Origin: Escherichia coli O127:H6 str. E2348/69
Lineage (GTDB): Bacteria > Pseudomonadota > Gammaproteobacteria > Enterobacterales > Enterobacteriaceae
Reading direction: 5' to 3' (one strand)
NCBI RefSeq assembly: GCF_000026545.1
Contig: NC_011601.1
DNA: 64,000 nucleotides
Positions 9,808-18,400 of this stretch are shown piece after piece. The notes below the pieces were generated by a model. That model ran no database searches and was not told the DNA's origin. It saw only the letters and a list, made by a program, of their open reading frames with translations. A program made the position numbers and the translations under genes. Numbering within the stretch: position 1 is the stretch's first letter; each line of letters begins with the position of its first letter.

Positions 9808-11357
9808 CTGTCTCTTATACACAAATCCCCACCCGGGGATTTGTGATGTCTGTCAGTCTGCTTTAGGGGGACTCTTTCCATCCGGTAGTTTCCTTCCTCC
9901 CCGGCAGCGATTTTTTGAACTTTTTCCTCACCCGTTGATCTTCTCTTATATTTCATTTTCTTCGGGTCTGTTATGGTACTTTCTGATTGTTATTCATGGG
10001 CTAACGAGCAGTTTGGACATGCCCGTCTCGGTGATCCGCGTCGTACACGACGCCTTGTGTCACTGGCCTCTTCTCTCGCTCAGCATGCAGGTCTTTCTAT
10101 TGTGAAATCATCCCAGTCCACTGCTCAGGTTGAAGGTGCGTACCGCCTGATACGTAACCCGTCTGTGTCCCCGCAAGCCATTGCCGAAGCCGGATTTACC
10201 GCCACTGTAAGGGCATGTGAGGCTCATCCGCTGCTCCTCGCGCTGGAAGACACCACCACCATTAACTTCAGTCACAGTACGGCATCTGATGACCTGGGGA
10301 ATACCACCACTAACCCGAAGACGCGCGGGCTGCTGGCTCACTCTGTCCTGATGTACGCCCCCGACAGCGCCCTGCCAGTCGGTCTTATCGAACAGCAGCG
10401 CTGGAGTCGTGCCACGGACACCTACGGTGTTAAGCACCAGCGAAAAGAACGTCCCTATGAAGAAAAAGAAAGTTACCGCTGGCAGCAGGCTTCGGAGCGC
10501 ATGGCCGAATGGCTGGGGGAGATACAGAAACGGGTAATCACTGTCTGTGACCGGGAAGCGGATATCTGGCATTACCTGCATTATAAAGTCAGCCACGGGC
10601 AGCGCTTCGTGGTGCGTGCAGCACAGAATCGCCGGCTGGAAGAAGCACCCGGCAAGCTCTTCGAACTGCCGGAAGTCCTGGCAACCGCGGGAAGCCACAC
10701 GCTGAATGTGATGCAAAAAGGCGGGCGGGCAGCCCGCCAGGCCCGGATGTTCATCAGTTACAGCGAAGTCAGCATAAAAAATCCCGACAACAGCGGCCAG
10801 GCGCTCCCGCTCACGTATGTCTGTTGCCGGGAGCAGGCAGAGGACGGCGCCTGCTGGCATCTGCTGACGTCAGAAAAAGTGGCGAGTGCCGCCGATGCGC
10901 GACGTATCGTCAGCCATTACGAGCGACGCTGGCTGATAGAGGAATACCACAAGGCGTGGAAAAGTGGTGGTACATGTGTGGAATCGCTGCGAATGCAGAC
11001 CCGGGATAACCTCGAGCGCATGGTGGTTATCAAGGCGTTTATCGCGGTGCGGGTGCTGGGCCTGCGGCAGGGCGGTATCAGTGAAGAAACACAAAATGAC
11101 AGCTGTGAGAAAATACTGACGCCGACAGAGTGGAAACTGCTGTGGGTTAAGCTGGAAGGAAAACCGCTTCCGTCACAGATGCCGACACTGAAATGGGCCT
11201 GTCTGAAACTGGCGAAACTGGGGCGATGGCATGACAGCAAACGCACCGGTCGCCCCGGTTGGGTAGTCATGTGGGATGGCTGGTTCAGACTTCAGGATAT
11301 GGTTGAGGGTTACCTGGTGATGAAGTCTCTTGATCAGGAGATCTGATCAAGAGACAG
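9808..11357 (+). mobile_element. IS50/Tn5-like insertion sequence (IS4 family), apparently complete
   Basis: left terminus ctgtctcttatacacaaat (17/19 to Tn5 OE, 17/19 to ME); right terminus agatctgatcaagagacag is the exact reverse complement of the Tn5 inside end CTGTCTCTTGATCAGATCT; single transposase ORF reads from the OE-like end and stops inside the IE-like end as in IS50; flanked by direct repeat ccgagcgg. Confidence 0.85.
9973..11346 (+). CDS. IS4-family (IS50-group) DDE transposase
   Basis: 457-aa ORF with Tn5 Tnp hallmarks: LGDPRRT near N-terminus, ALEDTT and VCDREADI (catalytic Asp positions), RWLIEEYHKAWKSG (YREK motif with catalytic Glu); overall only moderately similar to canonical Tn5 Tnp as recalled. 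Confidence 0.85.
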   Translation: MVLSDCYSWANEQFGHARLGDPRRTRRLVSLASSLAQHAGLSIVKSSQSTAQVEGAYRLIRNPSVSPQAIAEAGFTATVRACEAHPLLLALEDTTTINFSHSTASDDLGNTTTNPKTRGLLAHSVLMYAPDSALPVGLIEQQRWSRATDTYGVKHQRKERPYEEKESYRWQQASERMAEWLGEIQKRVITVCDREADIWHYLHYKVSHGQRFVVRAAQNRRLEEAPGKLFELPEVLATAGSHTLNVMQKGGRAARQARMFISYSEVSIKNPDNSGQALPLTYVCCREQAEDGACWHLLTSEKVASAADARRIVSHYERRWLIEEYHKAWKSGGTCVESLRMQTRDNLERMVVIKAFIAVRVLGLRQGGISEETQNDSCEKILTPTEWKLLWVKLEGKPLPSQMPTLKWACLKLAKLGRWHDSKRTGRPGWVVMWDGWFRLQDMVEGYLVMKSLDQEI

Positions 11358-11365
11358 CCGAGCGG
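11358..11365. repeat. right copy of target-site duplication flanking IS50-like element
   Basis: ccgagcgg, identical to 9800..9807; the two flanks reconstitute the C6-GAGC-G6 hairpin expected at this site. Confidence 0.6.
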
Positions 11366-11381
11366 GGGGATCTCAAAACAA

Positions 11382-11948
11382 TTAGTGGGATTCACCAATC
11401 GGCAGAACGGTGCGACCAAACTGCTCGTTCAGTACTTCACCCATCGCCAGATAGATTGCGCTGGCACCGCAGATCAGACCAATCCAGCCGGCAAAGTGGA
11501 TGATTGCGGCGTTACCGGCAATGTTACCGATCGCCAGCAGGGCAAACAGCACGGTCAGGCTAAAGAAAACGAATTGCAGAACGCGTGCGCCTTTCAGCGT
11601 GCCGAAGAACATAAACAGCGTAAATACGCCCCACAGACCCAGGTAGGCACCAAGGAACTGTGCATTTGGCGCATCGGTCAGACCCAGTTTCGGCATCAGC
11701 AGAATCGCAACCAGCGTCAGCCAGAAAGAACCGTAAGAGGTGAATGCGGTTAAACCGAAAGTGTTGCCTTTTTTGTACTCCAGCAGACCGGCAAAAATTT
11801 GCGCGATGCCGCCGTAGAAAATGCCCATGGCAAGAATAATACCGTCCAGAGCAAAATAACCCACGTTGTGCAGGTTAAGCAGAATGGTGGTCATGCCGAA
11901 GCCCATCAGGCCCAGCGGTGCCGGATTAGCCAACTTAGTGTTGCCCAT
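11382..11948 (-). CDS. satP: succinate-acetate/proton symporter
   Basis: 188-aa membrane ORF MGNTKLANPAPLGLMGFGMTTILLNLHN (YaaH/GPR1 family). Confidence 0.9.
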   Translation of the reverse strand: MGNTKLANPAPLGLMGFGMTTILLNLHNVGYFALDGIILAMGIFYGGIAQIFAGLLEYKKGNTFGLTAFTSYGSFWLTLVAILLMPKLGLTDAPNAQFLGAYLGLWGVFTLFMFFGTLKGARVLQFVFFSLTVLFALLAIGNIAGNAAIIHFAGWIGLICGASAIYLAMGEVLNEQFGRTVLPIGESH

Positions 11949-12096
11949 AATTCCTCAAAAATCATCATCGAATGAATGGTGAAATAATTTCCCTGAATAA
12001 CTGTAGTGTTTTCAGGGCGCGGCATAATAATCAGCCAGTGGGGCAGTGTCTACGATCTTTTGAGGGGAAAATGAAAATTTTCCCCGGTTTCCGGTA

Positions 12097-12810
12097 TCAG
12101 ACCTGAGTGGCGCTAACCATCCGGCGCAGGCAAGCGATTTGCAGTACGGCTGGAATTGTCACGCGATAGGCACTGCCGCTGACCGCTTTAACCCCATTTA
12201 ATGCTGCGCCCACAGGGCCTCCCAGACCCGCGCCGCGCAGCAAACCATGCCCAAGCACGCTCATTGCTGCGTGGGTGCGTAAAATGCGGGTCAATTGGCT
12301 GGAAAGCAAATGCGACACACCTTTTGCCAATAATTTGTCTTTCATCAGCAGCGGCAGCAGCTCTTCCAGCTCATTCACCCTGGCATCGACCGCGTGCAGA
12401 AACTCCTGCTTATGTTCCTCGTCCATTTTCTTCCAGGTATTACGCAGAAATTGTTCCAGTAACTGTTGCTCAATTTCAAACGTAGACATCTCTTTGTCGG
12501 CTTTCAGCTTCAATCGCTTTGAAACATCGAGCAAAATGGCGCGATACAATTTACCGTGTCCGCGCAGTTTGTTGGCGATACTATCGCCACCAAAATGCTG
12601 TAATTCTCCGGCAATCAGCTGCCAGTTGCGGCGGTATCGCTCGGGATGTCCTTCCATCGATTTAAACAGTTCGTTGCGCATCAGTACGCTGGAGAGGCGA
12701 GTTTTGCCTTTTTCATTATGGGTGAGCAGCCGGGCGAAATTTGCCAACTGTTCTTCACTACAATGCTGGAGAAAATCCAGATCTGAATCATTCAGGTAAT
12801 TAACATTCAT
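12097..12810 (-). CDS. yaaW: UPF0174 family protein YaaW
   Basis: 237-aa ORF MNVNYLNDSDLDFLQHCSEEQLANFARLLTHNEKGK. Confidence 0.8.
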   Translation of the reverse strand: MNVNYLNDSDLDFLQHCSEEQLANFARLLTHNEKGKTRLSSVLMRNELFKSMEGHPERYRRNWQLIAGELQHFGGDSIANKLRGHGKLYRAILLDVSKRLKLKADKEMSTFEIEQQLLEQFLRNTWKKMDEEHKQEFLHAVDARVNELEELLPLLMKDKLLAKGVSHLLSSQLTRILRTHAAMSVLGHGLLRGAGLGGPVGAALNGVKAVSGSAYRVTIPAVLQIACLRRMVSATQV

Positions 12811-12835
12811 TTTTTGTGGTTTCTATATTCTGGCG

Positions 12836-13240
12836 TTAGTCGTCGCCGATAATTTTCAGCGTGGCCATATCAGATGAGTTCACTGTATGACCGGAAAAGG
12901 TGATTTTTGAGACGCAGCGTTTGTTGTCGTTATCGCTGTTAATGTTGATCCAGTCAGTGGTTTGCCCTTCTTTTATTTCTGAAGGAATATTCAGGGTCTG
13001 ACTGGCGCTACGGGTGGCTTTGAAATAAACCGATGCACCGCTTAACTGCAAATCGCCATGGTCGGTTGAGAGCTGTATGCGTTTAACAATGCGACAAACA
13101 GGAAGTTTCAGCGCTAGATCGTTGGTTTCGTTTCGCGGCATTGCAATGACGCCGAGGATTTTATGGTCGTTTGCCTGCGCCGTGCAGCACAGCATCAGGC
13201 TAATCGCCAGGCTGGCGGAAATCGTAATAACGGATTTCAT
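12836..13240 (-). CDS. yaaI: DUF2541 family secreted protein YaaI
   Basis: 134-aa ORF with signal peptide [23 protein letters not shown]. Confidence 0.8.
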   Translation of the reverse strand: MKSVITISASLAISLMLCCTAQANDHKILGVIAMPRNETNDLALKLPVCRIVKRIQLSTDHGDLQLSGASVYFKATRSASQTLNIPSEIKEGQTTDWININSDNDNKRCVSKITFSGHTVNSSDMATLKIIGDD

Positions 13241-13454
13241 AAGGATTCTCTTGGTGGGGAGGGGTAGGGGGATGAAACTAGTTTACTGCTGATAAAGAGA
13301 AGTTTCAGGCACGTAATATTTTATTTTTATTACAATTTTTTGATGAATGCCTTGGCTGCGATTCATTCTTTATATGAATAAAATTGCTGTCAGTTTTACG
13401 TCTTGTCCTGCCATATCGCGAAATTTCTGCGCAAAAGCACAAAAAATTTTTGCA

Positions 13455-13490
13455 TCTCCCCCTTGATGACGTGGGTTACGACCCCATTTA
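13455..13490 (+). promoter_or_regulatory. sigma-32 heat-shock promoter of dnaK
   Basis: tctcccccttgatg (-35 like TCTCnCCCTTGAA) and ccccattta (-10 like CCCCATnTA) with appropriate spacing, about 120 bp upstream of dnaK. Confidence 0.6.
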
Positions 13491-13611
13491 GTAGTCAACC
13501 GCAGTGAGTGAGTCTGCAAAAAAATGAAATTGGGCAGTTGAAACCAGACGTTTCGCCCCTATTACAGACTCACAACCACATGATGACCGAATATATAGTG
13601 GAGACGTTTAG

Positions 13612-15528
13612 ATGGGTAAAATAATTGGTATCGACCTGGGTACTACCAACTCTTGTGTAGCGATTATGGATGGCACCACTCCTCGTGTACTGGAGAACGC
13701 CGAAGGCGATCGCACCACGCCTTCTATCATTGCCTATACCCAGGATGGTGAAACTCTGGTTGGTCAGCCGGCTAAACGTCAGGCAGTGACGAACCCGCAA
13801 AACACCCTGTTTGCGATTAAACGCCTGATTGGCCGCCGCTTCCAGGACGAAGAAGTACAGCGTGATGTTTCCATCATGCCGTTCAAAATTATTGCTGCTG
13901 ATAACGGCGACGCATGGGTCGAAGTTAAAGGCCAGAAAATGGCACCGCCGCAGATCTCTGCTGAAGTGCTGAAAAAAATGAAGAAAACCGCTGAAGATTA
14001 CCTGGGTGAACCGGTAACTGAAGCTGTTATCACCGTACCGGCATACTTTAACGATGCTCAGCGTCAGGCAACCAAAGACGCAGGCCGTATCGCTGGTCTG
14101 GAAGTAAAACGTATCATCAACGAACCGACCGCAGCTGCGCTGGCTTACGGTCTGGACAAAGGTACTGGCAACCGTACTATCGCGGTTTATGACCTGGGTG
14201 GTGGTACTTTCGATATTTCTATTATCGAAATCGACGAAGTTGACGGCGAAAAAACCTTCGAAGTTCTGGCTACCAACGGTGATACCCACCTGGGTGGTGA
14301 AGACTTCGACAGCCGTCTGATCAACTACCTGGTTGAAGAATTCAAGAAAGATCAGGGCATTGACTTGCGCAACGATCCGCTGGCAATGCAGCGCCTGAAA
14401 GAAGCGGCAGAAAAAGCGAAAATCGAACTGTCTTCCGCTCAGCAGACCGACGTTAACCTGCCGTACATCACTGCAGACGCGACCGGTCCGAAACACATGA
14501 ACATCAAAGTGACTCGTGCGAAACTGGAAAGCCTGGTTGAAGATCTGGTAAACCGTTCCATTGAGCCGCTGAAAGTTGCACTGCAGGACGCTGGCCTGTC
14601 CGTATCTGATATCGACGACGTTATCCTCGTTGGTGGTCAGACTCGTATGCCAATGGTTCAGAAGAAAGTTGCTGAATTCTTTGGTAAAGAGCCGCGTAAA
14701 GACGTTAACCCGGACGAAGCTGTAGCAATCGGTGCTGCTGTTCAGGGTGGTGTTCTGACTGGTGACGTGAAAGACGTACTGCTGCTGGACGTTACCCCGC
14801 TGTCTCTGGGTATCGAAACCATGGGCGGTGTGATGACGACGCTGATCGCGAAAAACACCACTATCCCGACCAAGCACAGCCAGGTGTTCTCTACCGCTGA
14901 AGACAACCAGTCTGCGGTAACCATCCACGTGCTGCAGGGTGAACGTAAACGTGCGGCTGATAACAAATCTCTGGGTCAGTTCAACCTGGATGGTATCAAC
15001 CCGGCACCGCGCGGCATGCCGCAGATCGAAGTTACCTTCGATATCGATGCTGACGGTATCCTGCACGTTTCCGCGAAAGATAAAAACAGCGGTAAAGAGC
15101 AGAAGATCACCATCAAGGCTTCTTCTGGTCTGAACGAAGATGAAATCCAGAAAATGGTACGCGACGCAGAAGCTAACGCCGAAGCTGACCGTAAGTTTGA
15201 AGAGCTGGTACAGACTCGCAACCAGGGTGACCATCTGCTGCACAGCACCCGTAAGCAGGTTGAAGAAGCAGGCGACAAACTGCCGGCTGACGACAAAACT
15301 GCTATCGAGTCTGCGCTGACTGCACTGGAAACTGCTCTGAAAGGTGAAGACAAAGCCGCTATCGAAGCGAAAATGCAGGAACTGGCACAGGTTTCCCAGA
15401 AACTGATGGAAATCGCCCAGCAGCAACATGCCCAGCAGCAGACTGCCGGTGCTGATGCTTCTGCAAACAACGCGAAAGATGACGATGTTGTCGACGCTGA
15501 ATTTGAAGAAGTCAAAGACAAAAAATAA
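13612..15528 (+). CDS. dnaK: chaperone Hsp70
   Basis: 638-aa [24 protein letters not shown]. Confidence 0.97.
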
Positions 15529-15616
15529 TCGCCCTATAAACGGGTAATTATACTGACACGGGCGAAGGGGAATTTCCTCTCCGCCCGTGCATTCATCTAG
15601 GGGCAAATCAAAAAAG

Positions 15617-16747
15617 ATGGCTAAGCAAGATTATTACGAGATTTTAGGCGTTTCCAAAACAGCGGAAGAGCGTGAAATCAAAAAGGCCTACAAACGCCTG
15701 GCCATGAAATACCACCCGGACCGTAACCAGGGTGACAAAGAGGCCGAGGCGAAATTTAAAGAGATCAAGGAGGCTTATGAAGTTTTGACCGACTCGCAAA
15801 AACGTGCGGCATACGATCAGTATGGTCATGCTGCGTTTGAGCAAGGCGGCATGGGCGGCGGCGGTTTTGGCGGCGGCGCAGACTTCAGCGATATTTTTGG
15901 TGACGTTTTCGGCGATATTTTTGGCGGCGGACGTGGTCGTCAACGTGCGGCGCGCGGTGCTGATTTACGCTATAACATGGAGCTCACCCTCGAAGAAGCT
16001 GTACGTGGCGTGACCAAAGAGATCCGCATTCCGACTCTGGAAGAGTGTGACGTTTGCCACGGTAGCGGTGCAAAACCAGGTACACAGCCGCAGACCTGTC
16101 CGACCTGTCATGGTTCTGGTCAGGTGCAGATGCGCCAGGGTTTCTTTGCCGTGCAGCAGACCTGTCCTCACTGTCAGGGCCGCGGTACGCTGATCAAAGA
16201 TCCGTGCAACAAATGTCATGGTCATGGTCGTGTTGAGCGCAGCAAAACGCTGTCCGTTAAAATCCCGGCAGGGGTGGACACTGGAGACCGCATCCGTCTT
16301 GCGGGCGAAGGTGAAGCGGGTGAACACGGCGCACCGGCAGGCGATCTGTACGTTCAGGTTCAGGTTAAACAGCACCCGATTTTCGAGCGTGAAGGCAACA
16401 ACCTGTATTGCGAAGTCCCGATCAACTTCGCTATGGCGGCGCTGGGTGGTGAAATCGAAGTACCGACCCTTGATGGTCGCGTCAAACTGAAAGTGCCTGG
16501 CGAAACCCAGACCGGTAAGCTGTTCCGTATGCGCGGTAAAGGCGTCAAGTCTGTCCGCGGTGGCGCACAGGGTGATTTGCTATGCCGCGTTGTTGTCGAA
16601 ACACCGGTAGGTTTGAACGAGAAGCAGAAACAGCTGCTGCAAGAGCTGCAAGAAAGCTTTGGTGGCCCAACCGGCGAGCACAACAGCCCGCGTTCAAAGA
16701 GCTTCTTTGATGGCGTGAAGAAGTTTTTTGACGACCTGACTCGCTAA
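15617..16747 (+). CDS. dnaJ: chaperone Hsp40
   Basis: 376-aa [40 protein letters not shown] with Gly-rich linker and four CxxCxGxG zinc-finger repeats; ATG at 15617 (track start 15587 is an extension). Confidence 0.97.
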
Positions 16748-16851
16748 CCTCCCCAAAAGCCTGCCCGTGGGCAGGCCAGGGTAAAAACCAGGGTGCGTTG
16801 AAGATATGCGAGCACCTGTAAAGTGGCGGGGATCACTCCCCGCCGTTGCTC

Positions 16852-17004
16852 TTACTCGGATTCGTAAGCCGTGAAAACAGCAACCTCCGTCTGGCCAATT
16901 CGGATGTGAACCTCACAGAGGTCTTTTCTCGTTACCAGCGCCGCCACTACGGCGGTGATACAGATGACGATCAGGGCGACAATCATCGCCTTATGCTGCT
17001 TCAT
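16852..17004 (-). CDS. hokC: Hok-family type I toxin
   Basis: 50-aa ORF MKQHKAMIVALIVICITAVVAALVTRKDLCEVHIRIGQTEVAVFTAYESE. Confidence 0.85.
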   Translation of the reverse strand: MKQHKAMIVALIVICITAVVAALVTRKDLCEVHIRIGQTEVAVFTAYESE

Positions 17005-17061
17005 TGCTCTCTTCTCCTTGACCTTTCGGTCAGTAAGAGGCACTCTACATGTGTTCTGCAT
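16852..17061 (-). CDS. mokC: mokC, overlapping reading frame that enables hokC translation
   Basis: in-frame upstream Met (MQNTCRVPLTDRKVKEKRA...) extends hokC to 69 aa, as in hok/mok loci. Confidence 0.65.
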   Translation of the reverse strand: MQNTCRVPLTDRKVKEKRAMKQHKAMIVALIVICITAVVAALVTRKDLCEVHIRIGQTEVAVFTAYESE

Positions 17062-17107
17062 ATAGGGGGCCTCGGGTTGATGGTAAAATATCACTCGGGG
17101 CTTTTCT
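17053..17107 (+). ncRNA. sokC: sokC antisense RNA (approximate placement)
   Basis: placed by position relative to the mokC start, by analogy with hok/sok loci; boundaries not verified from sequence. Confidence 0.3.
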
Positions 17108-17618
17108 CTATCTGCCGTTCAGCCAATGCCTGAGACAGACAGCCTCAAGCACCCGCTGCTATTATACTGCGCTTTTAATTCACTTCTGTTTTATCAATTC
17201 TTTTTCTGAAGACGCCTCGCATTTTTGCGGAATAATATTTCAATACATCAATTTATTTAACTTAAATATATCCAGGGATTCACAAAAAAAGGTGTTTTCC
17301 TCTATCAAAAGTGAATGGCTAAAGGAAATTAATTATTAAAGGTTACTGTAATACTATAGAGAGATAAAGAAATACGTTCAGCAGCCAATGCTAAGTTCAT
17401 CATGAAAAATGCCTATAAATCAAAGGGTGATGTTTAAAACAGACACATTTTCTGAAACACGATATCCCTCCGCCCGTTCGCAAAAGTAATCTGCGATCTT
17501 CATCACGCTTCGATAGTCATCTTTAAATATACTGGCCTGGTCATTCTTAATAAAAATGAATTGTCTGGTGTATTAATTCCTATGGAATCATAAAAACAAT
17601 GAATGGAGAACATATTAT

Positions 17619-18380
17619 ATGTCTGCCAAAAGACGACTTCTTATTGCGTGTACCCTGATAACAGCTATCTATCATTTTCCTGCATATTCTTCATTAGAAT
17701 ATAAAGGAACCTTTGGTTCAATAAATGCGGGTTATGCAGACTGGAATAGTGGATTTGTAAACACTCACCGTGGTGAAGTATGGAAAGTGACTGCGGATTT
17801 TGGGGTAAATTTTAAAGAAGCAGAATTTTACTCATTTTATGAAAGTAATGTACTCAATCATGCTGTAGCAGGGAGAAATCATACGGTTTCAGCAATGACG
17901 CATGTCAGACTCTTTGACTCTGATATGACATTCTTTGGCAAAATTTATGGCCAATGGGATAACTCATGGGGTGACGATCTGGACATGTTTTATGGATTCG
18001 GTTACCTCGGCTGGAACGGCGAGTGGGGCTTTTTTAAACCGTATATTGGATTGCATAATCAATCTGGTGACTACGTATCAGCTAAATATGGTCAAACGAA
18101 TGGTTGGAATGGTTATGTTGTTGGCTGGACAGCAGTATTACCATTTACGTTATTTGACGAAAAATTTGTTTTATCTAACTGGAATGAAATAGAACTGGAC
18201 AGGAACGATGCTTACACGGAGCAGCAATTTGGCCGGAACGGGTTAAATGGCGGTTTAACTATTGCCTGGAAGTTCTATCCTCGCTGGAAAGCCAGTGTGA
18301 CGTGGCGTTATTTCGATAATAAGCTGGGCTACGATGGCTTTGGCGATCAAATGATTTATATGCTTGGTTATGATTTCTAA
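17619..18380 (+). CDS. small outer-membrane beta-barrel channel, Tsx/OmpK-like (KdgM-like is an alternative)
   Basis: 253-aa ORF with N-terminal signal-like region, Trp/Tyr/Gly-rich alternating segments (WNGEWGFF, GWNGYVVGW) and C-terminal ...MLGYDF ending in Phe; low-GC gene preceded by ggagaa RBS. Confidence 0.65.
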   Translation: MSAKRRLLIACTLITAIYHFPAYSSLEYKGTFGSINAGYADWNSGFVNTHRGEVWKVTADFGVNFKEAEFYSFYESNVLNHAVAGRNHTVSAMTHVRLFDSDMTFFGKIYGQWDNSWGDDLDMFYGFGYLGWNGEWGFFKPYIGLHNQSGDYVSAKYGQTNGWNGYVVGWTAVLPFTLFDEKFVLSNWNEIELDRNDAYTEQQFGRNGLNGGLTIAWKFYPRWKASVTWRYFDNKLGYDGFGDQMIYMLGYDF

Positions 18381-18400
18381 TTTTTTATCAGGGAATAATT

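Noticed and set aside
9659-10105. 148-aa plus-strand ORF running from inside mog across the IS left end
   Set aside because: Crosses the mog stop region and the element terminus in a different frame from both real genes; an artefact of ORF calling
10108-10860. 250-aa minus-strand ORF inside the IS50-like transposase gene
   Set aside because: Antisense to an intact transposase ORF; Tn5-family elements encode only Tnp (and Inh in the same frame); no RBS or motifs; likely a shadow ORF, though an antisense regulator cannot be fully excluded
9808-11357. Laboratory Tn5 / EZ-Tn5 mutagenesis insertion
   Set aside because: Engineered Tn5 derivatives carry mosaic ends on both sides plus a selectable marker and the canonical transposase (or none); this element has distinct OE-like and IE ends, no marker, and a divergent transposase, so a natural IS is more likely
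13570-15606. 678-aa minus-strand ORF spanning the whole of dnaK
   Set aside because: Lies entirely antisense to the highly conserved dnaK gene; low-complexity translation with no recognisable motifs; typical shadow ORF of a GC-balanced, highly expressed gene
17049-17339. 96-aa plus-strand ORF next to mokC
   Set aside because: Overlaps the mokC 5' region and sokC position; Cys/Phe-rich low-complexity product; the region is better explained by hok/sok regulatory RNA elements
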